Shown: positions 50,971-60,647, numbered from the whole stretch's first letter. The stretch: 63,675 bases of DNA, filler included, from 6 parts of 6 records of this genome joined end to end with filler, not necessarily neighbours in it, one strand, 5' to 3'. Notes: generated by a model from the sequence alone, not told the origin. Numbers and translations are program-made.

Positions 50971-51721
50971 GCACCTGGACTGGACGCCGTGAAATTATCG
51001 CAACCGGTCAATTTAACATTGGTATGCCGAAAGAACAACAGCAGTTGTGGTCAACGGCCACCTATCACCCGTCACAGGCCAATTTGCGGCATTAATCGCG
51101 AAGCTTTGCAGCTATTCTGGCCACGTTTCTTTCAAATCCGGGCTGGTGGTTGCGGGTGGTTTGGATCGGATCAGGGCGGCGCGCGCGCATTTACAGTCTA
51201 AAAATCTCACACGCATTCCTTGACCGCTTTGAGCTCCTTGCCAGGCTGCGGGCTCAGGCTCTTTTGAGGATTATGTTTTGCACTGGGTCTGCAGCCGCAA
51301 GTCATTGAGTCTGACTTGAGACTCTGAGTCTGGCCACTAATCCCCGAGCCACAAAACCCTGAGAGCCAAAATCCCACCAGAACGTCAGGTCGGAATCTGT
51401 CATGTCTTCAATTCCACGACAGTCAAAAACCACACGCATTTTCAGATTTACCGCCCGTTCATCCGAGTATGCGGTCACTTCAGCAGATTGCGTTTGGTCC
51501 GGGAATACAATCGAATGCAATTTGCACAAGTTAATCCTCCGGAGGATCAACCGCGCAATCGACGGCGCACGTCACAGTGCGTCAGTCCACAAATTTTTGA
51601 GAAACACGTCGCTGCGCGGAGCAGGCATAGGTGTTTCGAGCAACAAGCCCGAAAACGTCGGGGAGGGAGAGGTGTAGCTCAGCGGAATTGGATATGGTCA
51701 TGGCCTTCTGGTGGCGGTGGC

Positions 51722-51821
51722 NNNNNNNNNNNNNNNNNNNNNNNNNNNNNNNNNNNNNNNNNNNNTTAATTAATTAANNNNNNNNNNNNNNNNNNNNNNN
51801 NNNNNNNNNNNNNNNNNNNNN
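51722..51821. other. Artificial contig linker
   Basis: 44 N + TTAATTAATTAA + 44 N. Confidence 0.99.
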
Positions 51822-51822
51822 C

Positions 51823-51858
51823 CGCTTCCTCGCCCTGCTGCCCTACGCCGTGAAGTAA
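51823..51858 (+). CDS. rpsR: 30S ribosomal protein S18, C-terminus only
   Basis: RFLALLPYAVK* directly upstream of rplI. Confidence 0.9.
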   Translation, partial: RFLALLPYAVK

Positions 51859-51870
51859 GGAGACCTGACA

Positions 51871-52482
51871 ATGCAAGTTATCCTTCTCGAACGCGTTGCG
51901 AAACTGGGCCAGATGGGCGACATCGTAGATGTCAAATCTGGTTACGCTCGCAACTATCTGCTGCCTCAGGGCAAAGCTAAAACCGCTTCGGCAGCCAACC
52001 TGGCCGCATTCGAAACAGTGAAAGCTCAGCTCGAAGCACGCAACCTGGAAACCAAAGCCGAAGCCGAAGCACTGGCTGCAAAGATCGACGGACAGCAGTT
52101 CATCGTGATTCGCTCCGCTTCCGACGCTGGCGCACTTTACGGTTCCGTTACACCTCGTGACGCCGCCGAAGTTGCAACTTCCGAAGGTTTCTCGGTCGAT
52201 CGTAAGCAGGTTGTTCTGCTGGCACCGATCAAAGACCTGGGTCTGCACACTGTTCAGGTTGTTCTGCACCCTGAAGTTATTGCAAACATCGACATCAACG
52301 TTGCTCGCTCGGTTGAAGAAGCCGAACTGCAAGCTTCGGGCAAATCGATCCAGGAACTGGCTGCTGAAGAAGAAGCTGCTGCAGAATTCGAAATCTCGGA
52401 ACTGTTCGACGATATCGGTTCAGCTGCATCCGACGACGACGATGCACCAGCTGCTCCTGCAGAAGACGACAGCAACGCCTAA
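51871..52482 (+). CDS. rplI: 50S ribosomal protein L9
   Basis: [32 protein letters not shown]. Confidence 0.98.
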   Translation: MQVILLERVAKLGQMGDIVDVKSGYARNYLLPQGKAKTASAANLAAFETVKAQLEARNLETKAEAEALAAKIDGQQFIVIRSASDAGALYGSVTPRDAAEVATSEGFSVDRKQVVLLAPIKDLGLHTVQVVLHPEVIANIDINVARSVEEAELQASGKSIQELAAEEEAAAEFEISELFDDIGSAASDDDDAPAAPAEDDSNA

Positions 52483-52506
52483 TCGGCCTGCTCACGTATT
52501 TCAAAG

Positions 52507-52539
52507 AAAAGCCGCGCAAACCCTTGCGCGGCTTTTTTT
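52507..52539 (+). terminator. Intrinsic terminator, probably bidirectional
   Basis: AAAAGCCGCGCAA-ACCC-TTGCGCGGCTTTTTTT between convergent genes. Confidence 0.9.
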
Positions 52540-52558
52540 GGTCCATGCATTGGGATGA

Positions 52559-53752
52559 TCACCCCAAAACCGAATACGGCTCTTCCACGCCATAAAACAC
52601 GCCGGCGTCGACATCCACGGTGTCAATCAATGCGTTCAAAATCACGATCCGACCGACTTGATCCCCGTCGTGCGCGCCCCCATTGCCGCCTTGGTTGCTG
52701 ACAAAGGTCAGAATCGTGTCATCGCGGCCATCACCGTTAAAATCCGTATGCGTCACGGTATCCAAATTTACGGTATGACCCGCAAACACCAAAGTGTCCC
52801 CTTGGTCCGCATTGAAATCCTTGACGATCTTGGTGCCGATTGTCTCGACCCAGTGATCGTGTGCATTGTCATTTTCACCGGCAACGCCATTCATTGAATA
52901 GTCGATATTCCCGGTTTCATCCGTGTGTTTGTCCAGGATTTCCTGCTTTGCATCGATCAACCATCGGAATTCAAACTGATCTGCACCGCGGCCCCCGATC
53001 ATAACATCCGTGTCACTCAGGGGCTCATCCACGTTCACAAGCGCACCGGCATCCTGTGCCGGAATAGGTTCACCGCCCCAGCTAAAACCATAGAGCAGAT
53101 CGTCGCCCTGCCCGCCTCTCAGCGTGTCATCCCCGGCGCCCCCTTCCAGCAGGTCATTGCCCCTGCCACCGATCAACAGATCCTCGTCGTCGCCCGCAAA
53201 AAGCCGGTCGTTGCCCGCACCGCCCCGCAGTGTGTCATTGCCGGTACCGCCACTCAGATCGTCGACGCCTTGACCACCCCAAAGCTGATCATCGCCATCG
53301 TCGCCCGCGATGTAATCATCTCCCTGACCGCCGCGCAGCTGATCGTTCCCTGATCCGGCAAACAGGAAATCGTCACCGGCCCCGCCGCGCATGTCATCAT
53401 CGCCGGTGCCGCCATCCAGAATGTCGGCCCCTTTACCGCCGCGCATTTGATCGTTGCCTGACCCGCCGGACAGAAAATCGTCGCCCTGACCGCCTCTGAC
53501 ATCATCGTTGCCCTCGCCACCCTTTAGAACGTCGTTCCCTTGGCCACCCTTCAACAGATCATCGCCCGCCATACCAAAGACAAGGTCATCCCCCGCACCC
53601 GCCAGCACAAGATCCGCCCCTTCACCGGCGTCTATCGTATCATTTCCGCCGCGCGCGCGAATTTCATCATCGCCTTCAAGGCCAAGAATAAGATCTTCTA
53701 AGCTGGTTCCTTTGAGAATGTTGTTGTCGAGTGTTCCGATAAGTTCAGCCAT
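52559..53752 (-). CDS. RTX-type calcium-binding repeat protein
   Basis: Long run of GGxGxDxL nonapeptides followed by an acidic C-terminal domain. Confidence 0.9.
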   Translation of the reverse strand: MAELIGTLDNNILKGTSLEDLILGLEGDDEIRARGGNDTIDAGEGADLVLAGAGDDLVFGMAGDDLLKGGQGNDVLKGGEGNDDVRGGQGDDFLSGGSGNDQMRGGKGADILDGGTGDDDMRGGAGDDFLFAGSGNDQLRGGQGDDYIAGDDGDDQLWGGQGVDDLSGGTGNDTLRGGAGNDRLFAGDDEDLLIGGRGNDLLEGGAGDDTLRGGQGDDLLYGFSWGGEPIPAQDAGALVNVDEPLSDTDVMIGGRGADQFEFRWLIDAKQEILDKHTDETGNIDYSMNGVAGENDNAHDHWVETIGTKIVKDFNADQGDTLVFAGHTVNLDTVTHTDFNGDGRDDTILTFVSNQGGNGGAHDGDQVGRIVILNALIDTVDVDAGVFYGVEEPYSVLG

Positions 53753-53980
53753 GGACAGGTCCTTTTTAGGTTTCAGTGCGCCCCCAACAGGAAACTGGGC
53801 GTTGGAAACTTAAAAAGGGATACAACCCAAGATTGCCGAGTCAATATTTATTCGCGTCAAATTGAGGCGACCCTCGTATCCTCTTGCGCGCAAAATGGCT
53901 TGAACCGATAACGGCCCCACAAGGTGGGTTGCGCCCGCACCAAAGGCCGATATTTTCAAGGCAACAAAAAGGGGCTACTC

Positions 53981-54472
53981 ATGTCACACCTAACTCGTCG
54001 CACCTACTTGCTGTGCGCCAGCGCCGCGTTCGCCCTGACAGCATGTGGCGGGAAATCTGAAACGGCACCCAAAGCCCCCGAGGGCCCACCGCTCTATCCA
54101 AATGAAACGCCCGAACTGCGCAAGTCGATCAACCATTGGGCCGACCACTATGACCTGCCACGTGAGCTGGTGCACAAATTGGCCATACGGGAAAGCACGC
54201 ACCGCCCGTGGGCGGTCAATCGCCCTTACTATGGTTTGTTGCAGATCCTGCCAGCAACCGCCCGCTCTATGGGGTTTCGCGGCAGCCCAAAGGATCTGCT
54301 GGATGCAGATACAAATCTGGAATTTGCAGGAAAATATTTGCGGGGGGCCTGGTTGCTCGCGGATGGCGACCAAAGCAAAGCGATCCGTCTTTATGCGTCG
54401 GGCTATTACTACGAAGCCAAGAGACGCGGCATGTTGGTTGAAACGGGTTTGGTCCAACCAACATTAGAATAA
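53981..54472 (+). CDS. Lytic transglycosylase (SLT) lipoprotein
   Basis: TRR...ALTAC lipobox; RES, GLLQILPATAR, TNL..AGKYL; start ATG 53981. Confidence 0.88.
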   Translation: MSHLTRRTYLLCASAAFALTACGGKSETAPKAPEGPPLYPNETPELRKSINHWADHYDLPRELVHKLAIRESTHRPWAVNRPYYGLLQILPATARSMGFRGSPKDLLDADTNLEFAGKYLRGAWLLADGDQSKAIRLYASGYYYEAKRRGMLVETGLVQPTLE

Positions 54473-54522
54473 CGTGTGACCAGCACCGGCATCAAAACCG
54501 CCGCTGCTGGCCCTAAGTAAGC

Positions 54523-55212
54523 TCAATCCTCTGGGGACATGACTTTCCAGATCACGGCGCCAATGGCAGCCCCAATAAGCGGCGCAACCCAGAACAACCA
54601 CAACTGCGACAAAGCAGGTCCCTCTGCAAACAGTGCGACCCCGGTTGAGCGCGCCGGATTAACCGACGTATTGGTAACCGGGATTGTAACCAAGTGGATC
54701 AACGTTAGACCCAGACCAATCGCAATTGGTGCGAACCCTGCAGGAACACCTGACGACGTTGCGCCTAAAATGATGATCAAGAAAAACGCTGTCATGACGA
54801 TCTCGATGATCAAACCAGACATCATGGAATAGCCCTGCGGTGAGGCCGCGCCATATCCATTAGAGGCGAATCCCCCCACGCCAGTGAACCCTTCAGCGCC
54901 GGAAACGATCAAATAGAGTACCGTTGCCCCCCCAATTGCGCCAACGACCTGCGCAACCCAATATGGCAATAACTCCTTGGCATCATGTCGCCCGGCGATC
55001 ACCAGACCCAGAGTGACGGCAGGATTGAAATGCCCGCCAGAGATGCCCCCAACGGCATACGCCATCGTCAGAACCGTCAAACCAAACGCGAGGCTCACCC
55101 CCAACCAGCCGATCCCAACATCAGCAACACCAGCAGCTAATACTGCGCTGCCACAGCCCCCCAGAACCAACCAGAAAGTTCCGACAAATTCAGCCATTAG
55201 TTTGTTCATCAT
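54523..55212 (-). CDS. aqpZ: Aquaporin Z
   Basis: [35 protein letters not shown]. Confidence 0.97.
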   Translation of the reverse strand: MMNKLMAEFVGTFWLVLGGCGSAVLAAGVADVGIGWLGVSLAFGLTVLTMAYAVGGISGGHFNPAVTLGLVIAGRHDAKELLPYWVAQVVGAIGGATVLYLIVSGAEGFTGVGGFASNGYGAASPQGYSMMSGLIIEIVMTAFFLIIILGATSSGVPAGFAPIAIGLGLTLIHLVTIPVTNTSVNPARSTGVALFAEGPALSQLWLFWVAPLIGAAIGAVIWKVMSPED

Positions 55213-55583
55213 TTACACTCCTCCCAAAGCGGTATCGCTATAATAGTACCATTTTTATGAATTTTTAGAAAGATATTGGCCTCCCCGGATCTACCCTAGA
55301 TCTCTTTAGTGTTCTAAACCAACCACCGCACCACAATGCAAAAAATCAGATCTGATCCGCAAGACACTGTTTCACCTGAGCTTCTTGGTGGCGCCCCAAA
55401 TTTCGGAAAATTCCGTTACGTCACACCACAACCAAAGCACGAAAATATTGCCAACCACAACCTATTCGGTCAATGTTTCGCGCGTAGGTATGAGTAATGC
55501 AGGTCAGGCCTTCGACCCTAGGGTCACCTGAAAGATCGCACTGTTATTACAGGGCAAAAGTGTATTTAGTAAAAGGTGAAATC

Positions 55584-55988
55584 ATGGAAACAGTAGATAA
55601 TCTCGTCGGTCAACGCATACGTGCAAAACGCCTGTCCGCAAGCATGAGCCAAGCAGAGCTCGGGCGCGCGATTGGCGTTCGGTTTCAGCAGGTGCAAAAG
55701 TATGAATCAGGGGTAAATCGCGTCAGTGCATCGCGCCTCTGGGCCATTGCCGAAGTCCTTGATGTTCACGTGAGCCACTTCTTCGAAGGTATCCGCCCCT
55801 CAAAATCAGGTACGATTGATGGTTCCGCACCTCCTCAAGATGAACTAGACTTCCTTAAAGATCAGGATGCCATGGAGTTGGTATTGATCTACCGTAGCCT
55901 TCGAGCAACCCACCGGCATGCGGTTTTATCCTTTGTGCGCAGTTTGACACAGGATGACAAAAAAGAAGAGCTCAGCGCGGCAACCTGA
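55584..55988 (+). CDS. XRE family HTH regulator
   Basis: VGQRIR..R....MSQ.ELG..IGV.FQQVQKYESG.NRVSASRL; start probably ATG 55584. Confidence 0.9.
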   Translation: METVDNLVGQRIRAKRLSASMSQAELGRAIGVRFQQVQKYESGVNRVSASRLWAIAEVLDVHVSHFFEGIRPSKSGTIDGSAPPQDELDFLKDQDAMELVLIYRSLRATHRHAVLSFVRSLTQDDKKEELSAAT

Positions 55989-56025
55989 CCCAATCGGGCT
56001 GCTGCCCGAATGAGAGGTACAGAAC

Positions 56026-56727
56026 GTGAATCTGATTGATCTCGGCACATTGCCGCAACCGGAGACTCAGTACACTGAATTTCTGCGGCAAGTTTGTGAT
56101 CGATTTGAAATGGATCACGCAGCCTATGCTGGCCTGAACCCTTGGGAAGGCACCATTCACGGGCACGTCACCTATAAAGATGACTGGAAAGATCATTACA
56201 CCCAACAGGGGTTTCATATGATCGATCCGACGCTGCACATGACGCAACGCAGCATCGCGCCGGTTGATTGGGTCCGACTTGAGCGTAGCGAAGATTTCAA
56301 ACGGGTTTTTCGGGATGCCGATGATTTTGGACTGTGCGATCAGGGTCTGACAATCCCTGTCCGCGGCCCTTATGGGGATGTCGGACTTCTGAGCGTCACC
56401 CGAGATTGCAGCACCCGTGAATGGGGCAAGCTGATTCCAAATGTGATCAGCGACCTTCAATCGATGGCAGTACACATTCACGATTCCGTGATGGGCTCCG
56501 AGGCGCTCAGCGGCATTTTGTACCATCCCTCGCTTTCCTCTCGTGAGGCAGAAATCCTGCAATGGATCGCTGCAGGTAAATCACAACAGGATGTTGGCGA
56601 CATTCTCTCCATCTCTCACAGAACCGTCGAGGTCCATCTGCGCTCTAGTCGCGAGAAACTTTGTGCCTTGACGACAGCGCAAGCAGTTGGCAGAGCAATC
56701 GGCATTGGTCTGATTGTGCCCAGCTAA
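56026..56727 (+). CDS. luxR: LuxR-family AHL-binding regulator (SsaR-like)
   Basis: Y...W..HY......IDP....PVDW autoinducer-binding domain; LSSRE.EILQW.A.GK HTH. Confidence 0.93.
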   Translation: MNLIDLGTLPQPETQYTEFLRQVCDRFEMDHAAYAGLNPWEGTIHGHVTYKDDWKDHYTQQGFHMIDPTLHMTQRSIAPVDWVRLERSEDFKRVFRDADDFGLCDQGLTIPVRGPYGDVGLLSVTRDCSTREWGKLIPNVISDLQSMAVHIHDSVMGSEALSGILYHPSLSSREAEILQWIAAGKSQQDVGDILSISHRTVEVHLRSSREKLCALTTAQAVGRAIGIGLIVPS

Positions 56728-56746
56728 GCTCACAATGAGCCCCCAC

Positions 56747-56765
56747 TACGGGAATCCCCCAATAG
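56747..56765 (+). promoter_or_regulatory. Candidate LuxR-binding site (ssa-box-like) TACGGGAATCCCCCAATAG
   Basis: Lies in the luxR-luxI spacer; resembles, from memory, the conserved box upstream of Ruegeria ssaI. Confidence 0.55.
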
Positions 56766-56822
56766 TCCTCAGCCCCAAGTTCGGTAACGATTGGTTAAAC
56801 ACACCACTCGTAGGGGGACACT

Positions 56823-57695
56823 ATGATTATTGTTATCGACTCATTGAACAAGCACATGTTCACAGAGGTTTTGGACGAAATGTTTCGTCTGAGGGCCCGC
56901 GTTTTTGGGGATCGCTTGGGCTGGGATGTCAACATTGTCGACGGCAAGGAAATTGACGAATTTGATCACCTTGATCCTGCTTTTGTCGTGGGACTCGACG
57001 ACGAGGGGCACGTCGTAGCAGCAGTTCGCGCACTTCAAACAACTGGCCCGCACATGCTGGCAGATGTTTTTCACGACATCCTTGATGGCGAGGCACCACT
57101 TCGCAGCGCAACTGTCTGGGAATCCACACGGTTCTGCGTCGACACTCAGCGACTCAACCGTGGGAAATCCAAAAACTCTGTATCCTACGCCACATCTGAA
57201 TTGATGATCGGCTCGCTCGAATATGCCCGCCGCGCAGGCATTCAGGACATCATCACCGTCATTGATCCTATCATGGATCGCGTTCTCAAACGCTCTGACA
57301 ACGCCCCTTACGGCTACGTGGGCAAAACCGTTCCGATGGGCAAAGTTTCTGCTCTGGCAGCCATGCTTGACTGTTCCGAGGAACGTATCGAGCGGGTTCG
57401 CGAATTTGCAGGCATCACACACGACGTATTTTTAACCGAGGAAGAAGCGTTGAAAGTTTTTTCGAAATCCCAATCGATCACATCCGAGATCAAAGACCAA
57501 CCTGCCCCTGCAAATCAAGACACCAAGCCCTTGAATATGCTCGAGAAGTATTTCGCTGAGCAAATGCAGGCCGCACAAACAGAAGAAGATGTCCAAGCCG
57601 TTCTAAAACTGATCGAGGCGGTATCGGAAACCATTACCCCGGCTCAGCGTCAAGCGCTCTCTCAACCGCCACAGGCTCTCGCAAACGAAGCCTGA
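56823..57695 (+). CDS. luxI: Acyl-homoserine-lactone synthase with a long C-terminal extension (SsaI-like)
   Basis: MFRLRARVF..RLGW, EIDEFD, R.L.TTGP.ML, VWESTRFCVD. Confidence 0.95.
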   Translation: MIIVIDSLNKHMFTEVLDEMFRLRARVFGDRLGWDVNIVDGKEIDEFDHLDPAFVVGLDDEGHVVAAVRALQTTGPHMLADVFHDILDGEAPLRSATVWESTRFCVDTQRLNRGKSKNSVSYATSELMIGSLEYARRAGIQDIITVIDPIMDRVLKRSDNAPYGYVGKTVPMGKVSALAAMLDCSEERIERVREFAGITHDVFLTEEEALKVFSKSQSITSEIKDQPAPANQDTKPLNMLEKYFAEQMQAAQTEEDVQAVLKLIEAVSETITPAQRQALSQPPQALANEA

Positions 57696-57723
57696 CATCA
57701 CTCACAAACGACGACCACTCACG

Positions 57724-57792
57724 AAAAGAGCCGCCCCTCGGGGCGGCTCTGCTCATTTAAGCAATCACCTGTGCCGGAATGACCCGGCGCAG
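57724..57792. terminator. Hairpins between convergent luxI and tig
   Basis: AGAGCCGCCC-CTCG-GGGCGGCTCT with an A-run on the left; second stem CCTGTGCCGG...CCGGCGCAGG. Confidence 0.75.
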
Positions 57793-57803
57793 GCGGTTAG
57801 TGC

Positions 57804-58575
57804 TTATTCTTCTTCCAGCGCTTCAACAGCCTTCTGCAGGTCGTCTTTGCTGACTTCTTTGTTGGACACTTCGGCCAGTTCGAAAACATAGTCTACAACT
57901 TTGTCTTCAAAGATAGGCGCGCGCATCTGCTGCTGCATCTGAGCGTTCTGCTGAACGAACTCAAAGAACTGACGCTCTTGACCCGGGTACTGACGCGCCT
58001 GGTTCATGATTGCCTGAGTCATTTCCGCGTCGGTCACTTCGACTTCGGCTTTCTGACCCAGTTCTGCCAGCAACAAGCCCAGACGAACGCGACGCTCGGC
58101 CAGTTTTGTGTGCTCTTCTTTGGTTTCGATTTCAGGGTGATCGTGACCCTCAACTTCGGGGTTTTCTTCGTGCCACAGCTGGTGCGCGATTTGGCCGGCT
58201 TCAGCTTCTACCAAAGAAACGGGCAGTTCGAACGACACTTTGTCATCCAGTGCGTCAAGCAAGGCACGCTTTTGAACAGCGCGTGCTGCACCGGCGTATT
58301 CTGCTTCCAGACGCTCAGAAATCTGTGATTTCAGTGCGGCCAGATCTTCGGCGCCAAATTTGGTGGCCAGCTCGTCGTTGATTTCTGCAGCAACAGGCGA
58401 CTTCACCTCTTTGATGGTGCAGGTGAACACAGCTTCTTTACCGGCCAGGTGCTCGGCTTGGTAATCTTCGGGGAAAGACACGGTGCAATCTTTGACGTCT
58501 TCGGCTTTCACGCCAATCAGCTGCTCTTCGAAACCGGGGATGAAAGAGTTCGAGCCCAGCACCAGCGGGTAATCT
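57804..58575 (-). CDS. tig: Trigger factor (5' truncated)
   Basis: [45 protein letters not shown]. Confidence 0.97.
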
Positions 58576-58675
58576 NNNNNNNNNNNNNNNNNNNNNNNNN
58601 NNNNNNNNNNNNNNNNNNNTTAATTAATTAANNNNNNNNNNNNNNNNNNNNNNNNNNNNNNNNNNNNNNNNNNNN
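58576..58675. other. Artificial contig linker
   Basis: 44 N + TTAATTAATTAA + 44 N. Confidence 0.99.
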
Positions 58676-58804
58676 GTCGGCAGAAACGATACGACTGATT
58701 TCGCGATAGCTTTGACCGGAATGGCAGGCGTCCAGAGCGCGCAGGATAACCTCCGGAAGGCTCGGCAGCTGTAGATCTGACGCAATATCCGTCGCTGTAG
58801 TCAT
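58676..58804 (-). CDS. HDOD-domain protein, N-terminus only (not in ORF track)
   Basis: Reads MTTATDIASDLQLPSLPEVILRALDACHSGQSYREISRIVSAD; LPSLP...I..D is the typical HDOD start; AAAGGGG upstream. Confidence 0.75.
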
Positions 58805-59052
58805 GGCACGCCCCTTTGGTCCTGCGCGGTCCGCTAATGGCCGTGCGCAAGCTTCCCTGTTCTGTATTGAAATAATATGACAGGGTGTTCATTCTTCTTG
58901 TTGGTCCCTGAGCTTAGACAATAATCCGTCACTATTAAATACTTATTGGTGCTTTTTTAAGCAATCTATCATCCGGTCTGTGATATGTGTACCCTTTTTA
59001 CAGGTTAAAATGTCGCTTATAGTGACAAGTTTAAGCGTCCAGGCTGTTTTTC

Positions 59053-60378
59053 ATGGAAGTCCCCAAGCAGACACAAAGCCAGAACCCAGCGCAAAAATCG
59101 CGCCAGACCCGAACCATTGCCATTACGGGCGGAAAGGGCGGTGTTGGCAAGACCACGGTAGCGCTGAACCTGGCCATTGCCCTGTCTGAGCAGGGCCAGA
59201 AGGTGCTTCTGCTGGATGGCGATACCGACCTTGCCAACGTCAGCATTATGGTAGGTGCCTACCCTCAGCGCACGCTTGCCGATGTGGTGGCGGGGCGATG
59301 CGCCATGCAGGATATTATCATGACCACCTACGCCGGGCTGGATCTGATCCCAGGTGCATCCGGTGTGCAGAGCTGTATGGAGATGTCGGAGCAGGGCGGT
59401 CTGGCTGTTCTGCGGGCACTGCATGAGCTTGAGAACCGCTACGACACCGTTATTATCGATACGGCGTCGGGTTTACAGTCGGTGGGCTTGCATATGATTG
59501 CTGCTGCCGAGCTGGCCTGTCTGGTTGTCACGCCTGATCCGGCCTCACTAACCGACGCTTTTTCTCTGATGAAGGTACTCAAACGCCGCGGCTACCGCCG
59601 GACTCCGGCAGTGATCGTTAATATGGCGCAGGGGGCCAGTCAGGCGCGCTCTGTGTTTCAGCGTTTTAATGGTGCCTGTCAGCGCCATCTGCAATGGTCG
59701 CTGCATTATCTGGGCGGGCTCTGGCGTGATGAAACTCTGCGTCAGTCAGTGCTGGACCAGATGCCGGTGACGGTGCTGCCGGCTTCGGACCCCTCCTGTC
59801 GGCAGTTTCACTCCCTGGCCGAGATGCTGAACGTTCATGTTGGCCGACTGCCCCCAAGAAAGGCGGGGATCGCCGCTTATTGGTACCGGGCCGCCAAACG
59901 CGCCACTGAGGCGGACGCAGGTAATGGTCAGAGCAGCGGGGCGGATAAAAGCAGCCGGCAGCATTGTCTGGATCTGATCGCACAATTAGAAAAGGCCATG
60001 ATATCGGTACCCGACGATGTCATGCTCAGATATGAAGCATTTACCCGGCTGTTTGCACTGTTGGGGCGCAGTCCCGATGCCGACACGGTGGAGATCATTC
60101 AGACCAGTCTCGCCGCCATGAACTGGGATAAGCTGCCGACTCGCGATCGCGCCAGTCTTGCTCGTCATTTGCGGCATTTGTCAGATGAGTTGGCACCACC
60201 GCCGAGTGACCAGCCCCCCTCTCAGGCGGTTCATCACAGCCTTGAGGGCCCTCTGTATGACCGGGTCAGTTTCGGTGAGCAGGAGCAACTGGTACGCGCC
60301 CTGCGGGAAAAACCGGCCAATGTCTCACTGGACGACCTGCTGCGGGCGCTGGCGGGCAAAGACCGGACGGGCTCATGA
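59053..60378 (+). CDS. MinD/FlhG(FleN)-like ATPase with a C-terminal extension
   Basis: IAITGGKGGVGKTT, LLDGD, LIPGASG, IDTASG, TPDPASLTDAF. Confidence 0.88.
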   Translation: MEVPKQTQSQNPAQKSRQTRTIAITGGKGGVGKTTVALNLAIALSEQGQKVLLLDGDTDLANVSIMVGAYPQRTLADVVAGRCAMQDIIMTTYAGLDLIPGASGVQSCMEMSEQGGLAVLRALHELENRYDTVIIDTASGLQSVGLHMIAAAELACLVVTPDPASLTDAFSLMKVLKRRGYRRTPAVIVNMAQGASQARSVFQRFNGACQRHLQWSLHYLGGLWRDETLRQSVLDQMPVTVLPASDPSCRQFHSLAEMLNVHVGRLPPRKAGIAAYWYRAAKRATEADAGNGQSSGADKSSRQHCLDLIAQLEKAMISVPDDVMLRYEAFTRLFALLGRSPDADTVEIIQTSLAAMNWDKLPTRDRASLARHLRHLSDELAPPPSDQPPSQAVHHSLEGPLYDRVSFGEQEQLVRALREKPANVSLDDLLRALAGKDRTGS

Positions 60379-60647
60379 GGCAGCCGTTTCAGGGTCGATC
60401 CATATGCCTTTTTAATTGTCATTTTATTAGCGTTTTTTGTGTCGTAATTTTGCAGTCTGTCACCGTGCTGTCACGTTCGTTGTGTGAGAATTGACCGATA
60501 TCGTGGCTCGTGGCCCGCAATATGCAGGCACTCTGACAGGCGGTTGCAACAGGGAATCAGTGACGACGGGGAAAGGGATGTGCCCCGCCCGCACAGTACT
60601 GGCCGGCGTCAGATCGGCATTAGTGATCTCAGAGAAGGAGTTCTATC

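Noticed and set aside
50971-51300. Sigma54 -24/-12 promoter near the activator-like gene
   Set aside because: Candidate TGGC/CGGC sites I checked lack GC at the required spacing; the check was by eye and not exhaustive.
51669-51721. GGTGTAGCTCAG resembling a tRNA 5' end
   Set aside because: The following sequence gives no D-arm closure or anticodon stem, and the contig ends; it may instead be an unresolvable gene start.
51302-51721. Minus-strand frame interrupted only by TGA codons, suggesting stop-codon reassignment
   Set aside because: The neighbouring large gene ends at TGA right after its HTH, and the read-through peptide has no recognisable features.
52900-53700. Periodic DNA repeats as a CRISPR array or VNTR
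   Set aside because: Explained by the encoded 9-aa RTX repeats; there are no identical repeats with unique spacers.
58620-58892. ORF-track peptide MNTLSYYF...
   Set aside because: Wrong frame; the frame starting at 58804 gives a recognisable HDOD start.
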